Origin: Antedon mediterranea
Taxonomy: Eukaryota; Animalia; Echinodermata
NCBI RefSeq assembly: GCF_964355755.1
Contig: NC_092676.1
Location: 997,788 to 1,061,787, forward strand
DNA: 64,000 nt
Reading direction: 5' to 3'
In this document: positions 37,801-52,600 of the stretch, one piece after another
How positions within the stretch are numbered: the first letter of the stretch is position 1
Layout: each line of letters begins with the position of its first letter
The notes under the pieces: generated by a model
Told to the model about the DNA's origin: nothing
The model's database searches: none
What the model saw: only the letters and a program-made list of their open reading frames with translations
Program-made: the position numbers and the translations under genes

Positions 37801-38560
37801 CAGGAAAATTTTCAAAAAATGACCGATTTTCGACCCTTTTATTTTTTTGACATAAATGGTTACTATAGCATAATAAACATGCGCAGAGACGAATAATGGG
37901 TTCTGCGCTTGTCAATTGTGCTATAGTAACCAGTTTTATCGAAAAATAAAAAGGTAAAAAATTTGCCATTTTTTTGAAAAATTCCCTGTACTATAGTACA
38001 GGAAAAATTTCGAAAAATGACCGATTTTCGACCCTTTTATTTTTTGACATAAATGGTTACTATAGCATAATAAACATGCGCAGAGACGAATAATGGGTTC
38101 TGCGCATGTCAATTGACATAACTGGTTAATATAGCATAATAAACATGCGCCGAGGCGACTAATGGGTTCTATGCATGTCAATTGTGCTATAGTAACCAGT
38201 TTTATCGAAAAATAAAAAGGTCGAAAATTGGCCATTTTTTAAAAAAAAATCCCTGTACTATTATATAGTACAGGAAAATTTTCGAAAAATGACCGATTTT
38301 CGACCCTTTTATTTTTTGACATAAATGGTTACTATAGCATAATAAACATGCGCAGAGACGAATAATGGGTTCTGCGCATGTCAATTGTGCTATAGTAACC
38401 AGTTTTGACATAAATGGTTAATATAGCATAATAAACATGCGCAGAGGCGACTAATGGGTGCTGCGCATGTCAATTGTGCTATAGTAACCAGTTTTATAGA
38501 AAAATAAAAAGGTCGAAAATTTGCAATTTTTTTGAAAAAATCCTTGTCAATTGTGCTATC
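34885..38560. repeat. 3.7-kb complex satellite of two palindromic modules (A 89 bp, B ~107 bp)
   Basis: A = TGGTTACTATAGCATAATAAACATGCGCAGA-loop-TCTGCGCATGTCAATTGTGCTATAGTAACCA (period 89: 35541, 35630). B is centred on CCTGTACTATAGTACAGG. Periods of 196, 285 and 482 bp are visible in the repeated ORF coordinates. Confidence 0.95.
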
Positions 38561-39140
38561 ATAACTATATATTTATATCTCCTAAAACGCTAATCGTCGT
38601 TAGACATTGCGCGTCTCACTTGTGTTCGCCACTCAGTACGTTTTTGAGCAAGCATGTGTATATGTCCGCGTTTGAAAAGTTCTGTTTCCTTTTTTATGTT
38701 TGCCATCCATGTTGTTTTTGGTCTTCCTTTTATATTTATATACTCGTATATAAATATTATTTGTTTGTGTGAGTGTATTATTCTGTTATAAAAAAGGGAG
38801 AAAGAATAAAACATCAATATAATATTAAGGTTGATATTTGTTGATTTAGCTAGGCCTAGTATACAATGAATCAAATACCACACACAATGTATATATTGTC
38901 TTTTATTTTCCCTGCCAAACCCAATAAAACACAAAAAGTATAATAACGAAAATCAACTTAACACTAACAATCTAAAATGTGGTGCCGCTTCTTGTAATAC
39001 AGTATCTAATAATTGTAAGTTATAGTAAAAACAAATGCATGTACAGTATATAATAATAATGATATACTATTGCGAACATTTAATATTAAAAATTAATTGA
39101 ATAAACTATTTTGGATGATAAATTAATTATTACAGATTCG

Positions 39141-39305
39141 TCAGATTGCGCGTACAGCATTAGTGCAGATTGCGCGTACAGCATTAGCGCAGATTGCGCG
39201 TACAGCATTAGTGCAGATTGCGCGTACAGCATTAGCGCGCGCAGAGATTGCACGCAAAGCTTTAGCGCAAGTTGCGCGTAAAGAATTAGCGCATATTGCG
39301 TGTAA
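39141..39305. repeat. 24-bp minisatellite, ~6 copies
   Basis: CAGATTGCGCGTACAGCATTAG(T/C)G, degenerating to the right. Confidence 0.9.
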
Positions 39306-40644
39306 AGCATTATAGGAAAGGTGGGGGGGGGGGGGGTGGCGGTTAAGTGTGTGGAATATCTGTGCTTTGTAAGTATATCTCATGGTAGGCTCGTTAAGTA
39401 CACGAAAGTGCCTAAGTAAACGAGTATATAAATACATGTAGCTTCCTATCAATTATAGAAGTACTAATATTAGCATTATTATACTTAATATTAAATGTAA
39501 TATTATTTTAAACCATTTCCATAATACATAAACATAATTTATATCTATAAATTATTTGAATAGATGCGTTAACAAAATTTATAGTAGAATTTAAATTGAA
39601 TAATCCCAGGCTTAGATCAAAACACATTTACGGCTTTGTTAATAAATCATACTCAAAGTCTGAACAATATTTATAAAAAAACTAAATAAACGAAACGTTG
39701 TAATGAAAAAAAATCATGTAACCAAATAAAGGTTTATGACAAATAAATTAAGGTTATCAATATTATCAACAGGAAGTAAAACAGTTTTAACTGTTTTAAA
39801 TATTTGCTTTCACTTCCTGGAAATAAATCACATAAAACATTTATTCTAATTCATTTGAAAGTAGTTCATATATTGCACCATTTTGGAACCTAAATCACAC
39901 ATAGTAAAGCACAAGTTATAATATAAGGAATGTCAAAAATAATTTAAAAATAATTCCGGTATTAAGTCAACTTAAGTACACCAGAACAAACAAAAGACAA
40001 TAATTATACAAGTATAGCCTCTTTTCTTTTTTCTGTTGTTCCAAACATTTTAAATTTGATAAATAAGTTATACTAGAAATTATAGATAACAGATAGATAC
40101 CGAATAAATATAAGAAACAAATGTTATTAATATTAAATTACAGTATAATAAATTATATTATTAGAAAACATTTTTATACAGTAGTAACATTATTTGAATC
40201 AAATGGTATTACATTATAAACCATGCCAAATGATTCTACTGCAGTTACTGCAGGAGAATCATTTTGAAATGATTCCTTAGGAAGGAACTTCAAGGTATAC
40301 AGTTAATTGTATTCATCTTCTCTACTTTATTACTACAAACTAATAACAGTAAATTATTAAATAATTGGAAATATTTCTTAGCATTTTACTTGAAAATTGA
40401 ATGGAATGATTATTTTGTTACAAAATATAAAAGAAATGATGGCGATAATAAATAATTAAATATTAATGTACTTTATAAATGTTTTACCTCCACTGTGTAC
40501 TGGAATAATTTCTTTAATCAAAGTAATAAAAAAGTCAATAAATATTGCTTGTAATAAAATTCAAATTAAAAAAAAAATATTGATATAATAAAACAAAGTT
40601 GCAAGCATGTTAAAAAAATGTATGAAAATTAAATATTTTCTTGA

Positions 40645-43600
40645 TTAGATGACACCATAAAGGTGTGCGATTCGTTCCATGAATTCCATGACGGCGTGAC
40701 GTACAGTTTCGTTCTTTACCTGACATACTAACTGATTAACACACGGGAAGACTATTGGCAAGATACTCTGGAACTGGAGATCTGGTAAAAGCTGAAGCAG
40801 TTGCATTAAAGACAGGATCATGTCAGACCAAGACTTCAACAGCGCATCGTGATCCTTCATTATCGACGACTTCTGCTCTAGTTTGATTTTCTCCTGTTTA
40901 CGTCGATCATCCGATGACATGTGTTCATTCTTTGGTTTTGTCGGCTGCTGAGTGTATTTCCATTCTTTGTACGTTGCTTTTTTTACGAATACGGATCGCG
41001 AATGATGAGTCTTTCTCTTTTTGTATTCCTGCATCAAACTCTTGATTGTCTTGGTCGTGGCTAACGTGTAGATCTTACTGTCTTTTGGTGATGAAGGTTC
41101 ATCATACATCTCTCCTTGTTCTGGAGTCGACTCGTCTAGCTCGTTGTGTTTAATCTTTGGGGTCCACTGCGATGCAAACAATCTCTTTGGTTCGCCATCA
41201 TGGTAATGAAAATAAGGATCTCGTCCGGCTGTCGACTGTTCTGGAGATTTAGGTGCAACGAAGAAGAAGAGAGGCACTTCTTCCTCCTTCTTGTTTGAGG
41301 TATCTGAATCTTTTTCTGTGTGGAATTGTAAGTATGAAGCAATAATATCGTTACAAATGCCATATAACCTTTTAACAACCCACTCATAATTTGTGTTGTC
41401 TTCATTAGGATAGAAGCTCAGGTCACAGTTCAGATGTAAGCTTTCAATACTACTCTTTACACTTGGGCACAGCTGGATGGAAGATGATTGTTCACTAGAG
41501 GTAGAAGTTGTACTTCTTGTACGAAGTCTTGGTGATGATTTTACTTCAGCATTTGTATCTTTGACATCATCTGGTTGATTGTCAGCGGCATCACTAGAAG
41601 GAACCACATCTTCATCTCCATACAGAGGAAGGTCTGGTTTGGAACGATGAGAAAGTTTGTTCACAATGCCTTTCACAAGTTCCACATTCAGGTTGTCTTT
41701 TTTGGCATGGTGACAGAGTTCAAGAAGTGTGTGACTGTAGAATGTGAAGCTCATACACGCTTGGTAATACATATTGACGGCAACATCCAGTTTGGCAACT
41801 TTCTGTAGAAGGAATTTCATCCCAGGACGGATGTTAAACTCACAAGCCGTTTGGTATGAGTCGACAAAGCATTCCAACAACAGAGCTAAGTTCTTAGGAG
41901 AAAGGTACGGTAGAAGTCCTGGTAAAGAACTCTCACCAGTGCTGACGTTGCTAGATCCATTAACAGAGTCGTGTAAACTCAATGTAGATGACATACTGCC
42001 TTTGGCAATAGCTTGTACCTCATTTTCTGTCTGGCTCTGTGCTCCATATAACAAGATTGTACCCAGTGTTTGGATCAGCAACTGGTGTGCCAGAAGGCCA
42101 AGGACAATATTTCGATAGTGAACTCTAAAAAAAAAACCAAAATCATCTCAATGTAAAATAAAAAACAGGACATGTAGGATAAAGCGGACACTAAAAGTGT
42201 AAATGAGGGGGAACAACCTTTGGCTTGCAGCCTAGTAACTGAGTTGAGTTGTGCACAGGTGTGGACATACTTTAGGGGTTATTTATCAATGTATATTATT
42301 TTTTCTTCTATGGTAAAAATGATCTGGGTTTAAACGAGAAATTTGAATATTACACCATACACATAAAGTGTAGATTGGCAATAAAATATATTTTATATGG
42401 AGATTGTCAAATGGAACGAGAAATGAGTCATATGACCTTTTGTTCTAATAAATGTTTTGAAGGTCAAATTCACGGTTTATGATTTAGGTTTATTTTGGTA
42501 GCTCAAAATGACATATTTGATAATGTACAATTTGGATACATATACTGTAATAAAAGCAATGCTTGTTTGAATTAAATATTAGGAAATAATCCTGAATTGA
42601 CATATTTGCAAATCTAAAGTTTATTTTGAGAACATTTATTTCATTTTCAATCAAATATAAAGTTTTACTTTAAAAATACAAATATAATGAGTGAGAAAAA
42701 GCATGACTTTCTGGCTTTTTTTCACTTTATCGTTTTGATTGAGATTTTTACTTTTTAATTGTTTCTTCACTGAGATCCAGCCACAGTATTGCCATTGTTT
42801 TTCAATATTTTGCCTTTGGATTTGTATAGTATAATAATGATTTAAATATAGAACACAATCGCAAGTGAATTTATTCCAAAAATCAATTAAAGATAACATT
42901 ATTCATGTAAAAAACAGATGAATTCTTACCTTGTATGAATAAGGTCCAGTTTCATTGTCGTGTCAACCTCCGGAGGATACAAGATAAAGATGAACGACCG
43001 GCTTGATTCCTCGTTTACGTCAAAGTTTGGACTTCGTTGACATTCAAGGAGAAATACCTGGAATACATCATTAAATATAAACATTAAATTAATTGCAATA
43101 GATACTAAGTATACTATTTTCATTTGAGCACATTAAGTACGTACTTACAAGTAATTAATAAAGATTACCATTACAAAGTGATTTTTTTATTCAGGGTTTT
43201 TGATATTAAACTTGTAAAATTGTAACTACTACCCTCTGGACATATACACACTAGGATAATAAAATTCCACAAAACCATCTCATTTTATAATATTTCATGG
43301 TTTGTTAAAAACTTTTAACTTTGGCAGAGAGAACTTGTACAAAACTACCTTAAGATTCTTAACAGCTGTCAATCCTTTCAAAGAACATATATTCCTGTTT
43401 AATCATAATGACAACTTTCCAAGTTTTAAAATGTGACTGACCGATGAATTCCAATTTCTCAAATTCAGATTACTAAATACTAAATGTCATTTTTCTATCA
43501 ATAAATCTATCTACATAAAGTTTTCGTTTGATAGCGGACAGAAGCTGTTGATTTAGCATACATGTTATTTTAGTCATCAACAAAATGTTCTAATCTAAGT

Positions 43601-46600
43601 AAATTTAAACATACAAATGAATTAGAAAAAGTTGTAAATTCAGAATTTGAAAATTTTAACATGATTCAAAGTCTTTTCTGTAATCATGGGCTTTTAACGG
43701 GACAGGTAGGGATAAACAGAATTAGCATCTTCATGTTACAACTCCTAACCTACATTTCTCATTCATTCCCAAAAGCAATAGGTCAACGGAGGTCAATAAA
43801 CCAATATAATCTTAACATCAAGTATTATTAAAATTATAAAATGATTACTAATTAAATAAAAAACCATATTTTATTATATAAAACACAAATATTAATTATT
43901 AAAATTAGAAAATTATTATATAATTATAAGATAACAAATCATATTTTATATAATAAATCAAAATTATTGAGAACCAGAAGCTGGAACTCAAATTAAAAAC
44001 AATAAGAGAAAATAGATAGTTCTTTGATGCACAATAAAAATATATAAACATCATAGTTATTTTTATTACATTTTATTTTTAAAATAAAAAACCAACAGCA
44101 CATCCACCACTTACAGCATGAAACAGAAAACAAATTACAACTCAGAAACATTTAAACTACAACAGAACAGATTAAGACTGGAATTAAAAATGTCAATATG
44201 GGGATGGGCCTGGACTAAACTATTATAAGATAAATTTAATCTACTAATGTAACCATATTTAAGTACATTGACTCTACTAACGAGAACACAGAGGAGATTG
44301 CATAGAATTACCTGTTGTGCTAAGTGTTGCAGCCTAAAATAGTCCATTGGTTTAATATCACGCCTGGCTGCTACTTTAACTTGTCCAACATCACCCATGA
44401 AATCATCCGAGCCTGGATGGAAGCACGCCATCAAGCGCTTCAAACTATGTAGACTTGTCTCTACCGCTTGCTGCATTCCCTTACAGGCAAACGTCCACAT
44501 TTCGTGGGTCAAAATAGGACCGGCACTTAACAACATGTGCCTGCAATTGAAACAATAAAATAACTCAATAATAGCACATGCAGATGTTAAATAGTGATTT
44601 GTAGATTTTAAAAAGAACAATGTTTTAAGTTCAATTAATTTGTTTTAAATAATACAGTTTGAATACTTTGGTTGGCATGGTGTAAGCTCTGTCCACACTA
44701 TAAATCACTATATTCATGGAGGGAAAAATAAAAAAAATTTCCTCCATGCTATATTTAAGTGACAAAAAAACATGATGATATCATATCACTACCATATTTG
44801 GGCACATCATTTATGTCAAACTAGTTTGATAGTGAAGACAGAAATTTAGAAAAGTAAAACATGTGCTTAGAAATCATACATGCTGTGGTTAAAAAATGTC
44901 CATTTAACAAACCTTGGGTTTAAAACAACCACTACAAATCTATTTTTATTAAACAGTAAACTTGAGGTTCATTAATAATAATATAAAACACGTGTTCCAG
45001 CGATTTTGAAATTCACTATTTATGCACTTTCAAAACTTTCCCACTATGTTAATCACTATAATAGTCAATGTGTTTAATTCTCCAGATAATAAACATATTT
45101 AATGGGTTGTCAAGGCTCTTAAACTGTATTCTATTTATGGATAATTTTATTGGGATGTGTTACCTGATACATGAACAGCCAAGCCTTGATACCGCTTCTG
45201 TTGTTTGTCCAATACACTCTACCAGCAGATCCACAAGCTGTTTTATCATCAGGTACACCCCATCTAAACAGCTGTTATTCTTAACAAAATACGAAATCAA
45301 ATCAACTATCAAATCAGTAGTCAGACCACAAGCATGTTTGAAGTTTGCGATACTGGTGTCCCAAAACGACGGCGATTGTCGTCCACGTCGTACCCACGAT
45401 TGCAGCATTGGTAGGAGTAAATGAGAGATTGAGTAAACTGCAAATTGTGGACCTAAAATTGTAATAAAAACAGACATCATTTAGTTACAGTACACCTCAG
45501 AAATATTAACTAAACTTTGTTAAGCATTATCATAATTGATCATCATGATTATTTTTATTCTTATTATGGCTTTTATTTTCATACTCTTTGGCAAAAAAAA
45601 TTGAATTGCGAGTTGATTACAAAAATATAAACATTAATAATTAATTTCAAGGAGAAAAACTTTGATACAGTATATAAAATTTAACAATATTATTATACAG
45701 ACTAAAAAACATTATAATACAAAAGCACAAATCTCATTGAGGTATAAACAACCAATTATTTAAAATTCATTATAATTTATATTAAAATATTTTTCTTCCA
45801 CCTCTCCATGTTGTAGAGTTATTTTTTATTTGAGAAATAAATGACCTTATATACCAAGTCTTTTGAACATTAAATCACAGCAGAAAATCTACACATTGTG
45901 TGTTTGTTTTTCAAATATCTTGGAAAGATATCTTTCAATAAGCTATAATTCTTGTACAAAATGACAGCAAACATTAAACTGATACTACACACCTGAAAAA
46001 CAAGTTAATTTGTAAAATCGCCAGCTTGCTTGTAAAACTCATTGACATGTGACGGATTAACTAACACTCACAAAACACATATATAAATATTTCAAATGTG
46101 ATCTCGCAGCAACATTTACTTATTTACATTTTTTTAAATGTCTAAAGTGACATTGCACTCAGACATATTGACATATTGTTGTCTGTGATCATCTTTGATG
46201 AAAAACTGGATGTGTTACTGTTATGTATTGAAATATGTTTAGGTTTGTTAAAAACTTAGTGTAATGTTATAAAACATACTGTTATTGGCATACAATGTTA
46301 AATATTAATTAATTAGTGTTTAATGTTATTAATGAATGTTAATGTCTTGACACATTGTAAGCATACATTTCTATTTAATCAATAAGGAACAATCTGTACA
46401 AACGTTGATTTTATTCATGTATACGATTTTTGAGGAGGAAAAAAAAATTACTTTAGATACATAGGCTTTCACACCAACATACAATCATTGAAATGGAATA
46501 CAACTCAAGATGATTTAACCCTAGCATTATGGGGGGGGGGGGGGACTCTTAATCTCTGAACAGATTTGTAATGTTTAATTGACACACAAATATCACAACA

Positions 46601-49600
46601 TATTGAACACAATCATTTTAATGATGTACATTAATGTTAAACCTTAAAGCTATACTTATAGTTAATTTAATTTAGTACATGATATTAAACCTCAATGACA
46701 TAACTAACGTCACCAAGTGACAAAATGACAGAAGAGATGTGAATGGTGATAAATGCCTAAAGATATCATAAGACAATTTAAATCCATTATTTTTTCTGAA
46801 GAATTAGAAGCTCTTCATATAAACTAAACTTTTTATGAACTTTTTTTTTCTTTGTGTAAAAAAACATTTTTTAATGTAGACAATATGTTTTTTCACTTTT
46901 TTAATATGCCATTTTAATGTTTTATTAATTCATTTTTGACCAAAAATTGGATTGAAAAAAAAATGTATCTAAAATGTAATTTAAACTAAAGCAAAAAATA
47001 GTCAAATAGTCCGTCAGACAACAAGTTTTTGATTAAAATTCATCGTTCATTTTGTATTTTTAGAAGTAAAATTATGGAATATTTTTCTATGGAAGTGATT
47101 AACTGAAAAACTGCAAAATAACCTATACAAAGTCTGATTTTATTTATACATCTTTAATTCTTATCCTGTCACAAAACAAATATTTCAATTGTTTTGAAAG
47201 AGAATGAATGAATAAGAAAATATTTAATTCTAGAATTAAATATTAGCTATGTAATTGGTGACTATCTGTTATAAAACTAAAACAACAACATTTAGTGGAG
47301 TTGTAGCTTGGTGGTTCAATTAAATTAAATTCAATTCAATCAACTTTATTGTCAAACTCAAGAATGGCTTGAAACTTTGGCTGAAAGTACACATATTAAA
47401 ATTGTCTAAAAACATTGTCGCACAAACAGTAAAAAAGAATAAAATCACATAAAACTGAGAACAAGATGTCATATAAAAAGTTAAAAGAGGGCACAAAAAA
47501 TACAATGCGCTTGCCTTCCAATCCCAAGGTCCGAGGTTCAATCCTGACCTAGTGCCAGGGTTGTATTAACTCACAATTCTTTCAACTCCACTCCCTAAGC
47601 CTCAAATGAGACTTAGTTTATAAGCATGATAAATTATTAAATAGTTTATCCATCCTGTAATTGACGCTGTTGGATGAGTATGAAATAAAAAATAATAAAA
47701 AAGTTTAAAGTATGTACGGTTGATGCTCTTTCAACTGTTATTCCTAAATAATTTTAATGTGAAGTGATTCAAACAAACACATTATTTGTAAACGGATTAT
47801 ATAACCTTCATGTTTATTTTCTGTTAATTATTATCAAATGTTTTATATTTGTTTTTTGAGTAGCTTATTTGTTTGCTCTGACCTTTCACATTTCAAAAGC
47901 AATTTATCGGTTATAATCAAAGCGAGAGTTTTGAAACAGGTGAACGGAAACAAAACATAAACAAATAGTTGGTTTCAGGTGTATAAATACTGCTTTAATG
48001 GTGGCGCCACCACTGATTTTTATTTTATTTTTATTTATTCTCTCTTTAAACTGAATTGCATTTTCAGTAACATATTACTGCTTTTCAAAATGGTCCAGTT
48101 ACAGAAAATAAAAGCAACAAATTAAAAATAAATGAGTATAATATTGTAGGCGCTGTATAGCAACTTGGCCCCAGCTGGTTATCTGCCAGTTTTGACTTAA
48201 ATGTGATCATAATTTATATCTGGGCATTGTTTCTTTATTTATTAATTATGTAAAAAAAAAAAGAAAATAACAATAACAACAACAAATGCTTTCCAATTTT
48301 TGGTTGATTTTACAATACAAGAATCTCTAGCACATAGAGGTACTACACAACTAGACAGTCAAATGAAATGAGAGTCACTATAGAGCTAGTTTCCATAGCG
48401 TCCTTAAAAATGTAACTATAATAATATTAATAATGGGCATGCTCACTGAAGTCTGGATGTAAACATCAATGTTCCTATTGTTACATGTACAGTAAATTTA
48501 TGGTATTTTTTTTCAGAGTAAACGATAAGATTATTATCTACAGTTTTTTTTTCAATAGTTATTTTTCTTTTTTCATATTATATTATTTTATTTTTTATAG
48601 TGTACTGCTTCTAAAATAAAAAGGATGAAATGAAATTTGGAAGAATAAAATATTTACCTGGTGTTTGATTGACTGATCTTAGAACCTCAAAAAGCAGCTG
48701 CAAAGTCTGCGGCTGATAATGTCTTGGACAAGTTGTAACAGAGCCAGTTAAACCTTCCAGAAGAAGGAACCAGACACAAATGATCCCGCTTTCATCATCG
48801 ATGTCCTCGATGCACACTGGTTTCAGAAGTTCCATTTCTTCTGGTGAATACACGATCTTAGAATCAAGAACAACAAACGTCTCGCTCGATCCAAGCTCCT
48901 GGATTGGAGACTCAGAGGGCGGGCTTAATCCCTTAGTACTCATTTTAATGGACTGTGAGCCTCGGAATGATGGTGACGTTGGCATGTTGTAGATAGAACT
49001 AAGGATCTTATGACATCTGTGAAGGTAGTCTAATGCTGGTAGGCAGAGGTCAACAGCCTGAAGAGTCGTGCCGACACTGTAAGCGCAATTTGTATCTGGT
49101 TCAACTGTAAAAGATTGTATACAATATTAAATTTAATTATTACATAAAAAAAACAACTTTATTCAATTATTTAAAATATATATTGTTCACAATTTTATCA
49201 TAATGTAGTGCAAAATATAAAAAATATATATATGCCATTAGTATTCACAAATTATATGTAAATTAAAAAAAACATTGAGCATAAAATGAATGTGTTAATT
49301 TCACTTCACTTAAAACAAAAGGCATACTTCAACAATCACTATCTGTAATTTAAGAATAGATCAATATTGTATCATAAAATTGCAGAGAGAACAAACATTA
49401 AATGATAAAAAATGTACAATATTAATTACATAATTATCGTCAGCATGAACATGTTGACGCAGGCTGGATTGCGCAATGGGAATTCAAACCCCCATGATGA
49501 TTACAACCTGTTAAGCTTTGTCTACACTATCAAATTTTATGTGACAAAAAAATGTGATGTACCCATATATGAACATGATGATGTAATATGTCACTACCAT

Positions 49601-52600
49601 TTGTGGGCATATCACTACCATATGGCCACATCACACTTTTTTGTCACATAAAGTTTGATAATGTAGACAGAGTTTTAGTAGCCATTGTGCTTGCTTCCTT
49701 TAAGTTTGACTTTTCCAGAGTGTGTAACTTAGCACTGTAGTATGTTACTTTTCTAGAATTATGTTTGTTAAAGCAAATATAAATGTTACACAGGTTATGT
49801 ATTGTTATTGAAACTAGCTATTATATATGTTTAAGTAAGCCGGAGCTTAAGGTGTGGATTACACTGTTAAGCTCGCTAAACTAAATGACAATATTTCACT
49901 CATTTTAGTGATGGATACTGTCACAAATTGGCAACTAAAATCCAAAACTTTGTGTAATGAATAGTGAATTGTATTAACACAACACAATAAGGAAAGTCAA
50001 AAGTTCATTTCAAACAGACAGCACAAACAAAAATGAGTTTTTTGTTAACATTGTTGAAGAATTGGATTAGATTTCAGGATTTTGAGGAGATTTATCTTCG
50101 TTAACTTGTTTTGTTCCAATCAAATTTAGACTTTACTAAAACATTAGTATATAACATATGTTGAAGAAATTGAAAATTTAAAAAAATTCTGTTTTTTCTC
50201 CTTCTATCATTGTTTCTATATCTTATGGCAGTCTTAGTTATTTCTTTGCTCTGTAGCACTTTCTTCTGCCCATCTCGTTCAGATGCAATAGGTAGAAGTG
50301 ATGACTAAGCAATGGATAAAATATTTAAACTTTTAGCTAGCTGCGTATATTAGTAAAATAACTCAATTCACAAACCCTTTACAAATTTCAAACATATTAA
50401 GAATAATCAGTGCAAGCTCAGGAGTATGAATATCTGACTGGTGATCTGGGGGTCAAAATTACAACTCCACTCCCAAAGACTTGTAATAAAACTTTGTTTA
50501 TGTAGAGCATCTTGTGTATATGTTTGTTTTGTAAACATTTGAGGGTCCCTAATGATCAGAAATTGCTGGATGGATCATCCTCATTAAATATGGTAAAAAA
50601 AACAACAACAAAAACCTCAGGGTTAGGACAAACTATCTGATTAAACTGACGCAAATCTACTTTGCAGTAGTTAAACAATTATTCAGCATAGTTATTAGTA
50701 AACCATCCAATTACCAATTAAGTGTAGACTTAAGTACCCATCACCTTGCATGCAGACACACTTAATGTTACCTGAATTCACTAAAACAAACTCATCATCT
50801 GTATCTAAAAGAGGCTCAGGTTTGACAACAAAATACATTATATTTCCTAAAGGGTATTTGGAAAGGAACAAATATTAAAATAATATGCATGCAAATAAAA
50901 GAAGAACACAAAACATGAAAGTACATACAGTGCATTACTATGTTCAGCTTTTAAAGATATATTGTCCCCCTGAATAATGTTTAAAATTATTGTTTTTGAA
51001 TATGGCATTTTAATGTCACATAATAATTATTCAAAAATTGGATCGAAAAAAACATTATCTAACTGAAAAAACTGTAATTTAACGGGAAAAAAATATTCAA
51101 ATTTAACTGTTTATTCTATCTTTTTATAAGGGAAATAATTATTCTTCTTTCGTTTTTTTTTTCTATGGAAGTACAGTAAATAACTTCATTAAAACTGCAA
51201 AAAGTCTGATTTTATAAAACTTTATTTTTCATGATTTTGGGGGACAATACCTCTTTTAAGAAAAAAAGTCACTAATAAAACAAATTTCTAATTGTGAAAG
51301 TACATTACAATATGATTGCATTCATGATTTCTTAATTTAGCTTTTTTTTTAAAACAGGCTTTCATGAAATTGAGACAACTACTAACTCAACTAAAAAATA
51401 AATGGTATAAAAAAGTTTTTGACCTTTGACATACCTGGGCCTTTGACAAACTTCAAAAGACATAAAATACAGTCAATAGCAGCATTTGAGAACACAGCAA
51501 CATTCTCTGTATTCAAGAAAGCCTCAAAAACATCAAACACAGGAGCTGTTGGGTGTTCTGTCCTTTCGCTTGAGTCACCATAACCGGTATCGTCCATATT
51601 TTCAAATTTCTGTCGATGAACACGAACGGCACGCAATGTTCCAAATAGAGGGCGCCATCCTGATTTGATATTCGTGTATGATTCTTCTACTATTTCACAA
51701 ATTGATGTTACAACCTGTAGAAAATAGATACTGATTATGTAATGTAATTTGTAAATGTAACTTTGTGGTATTTTTTTTGGGGTTTTTTTGAGAATTTTTC
51801 TTTGATGTAAACAAGAAGCATGCACATGATTGCATTATTATGTAAAGGGCTTTTGAACATGATTCTTCCACGAAAAGGGCACTACATAAATATACATATG
51901 TCCTAGGTCGAGACAAAAGCTCCTAAATCATACCTGGTCCTGAACGTCTTCATCGCAAAGTTCAAGACGCAAAAGGCTCTCAAACGGTTTGAACAACGAC
52001 TCGTTGAAGTTAAAATGATGCAATTCAGATTTGTCAGTCAATAGTTCTGTAAGGACGTCATGGATAGATGCGATAGCTTTCTTGGAAACATGACGATCCT
52101 TATGACAAGCCACCTGAAACACAATAAACATCAAATCAATAATATTGATAAAGTAAACAAATATTTCGAATTCATGACACATTCACGGAAATGTAATGTT
52201 TCCCGCAATGCAGATAAAATATGATGATTTTGCTATAGGCACTAATAATGGCGTAAATGATAAAAATGTTGATATTTGGACAATGATTTAGGATTAAGTT
52301 CTGTCTACATTATCAAATTTTATGTGTCAAGAAAATTTGATTTGCCCAAATATGGACACGATGATATCATATCATTATCATATTTGGGCACATCGCACTT
52401 TGTTTTGTCAAACTAGTTAATTTTGATAGTGTAGACAGAGTTTTTAAGTATGAAGACATTAAAAGTAATGATAATAATAATAATAATAATACGAATTTAT
52501 AACGCGCCAATTCCAGCAGTAAATAATCGAAGGCGCGGTGTATGAGAGAGCTCAATCTGAAAGAAAAAGATGAGTTTTCAAGGCAGATTTAAAGGCGATA

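Noticed and set aside
35208-38411. Series of similar 60-100 aa ORFs (KLVTIAQLTCAEPIIRLCAC...) resembling a peptide gene family or a CRISPR-like repeat-spacer array
   Set aside because: They are translations of the palindromic satellite. The intervening segments are themselves repeats rather than unique spacers, and there are no cas genes in this eukaryotic context.
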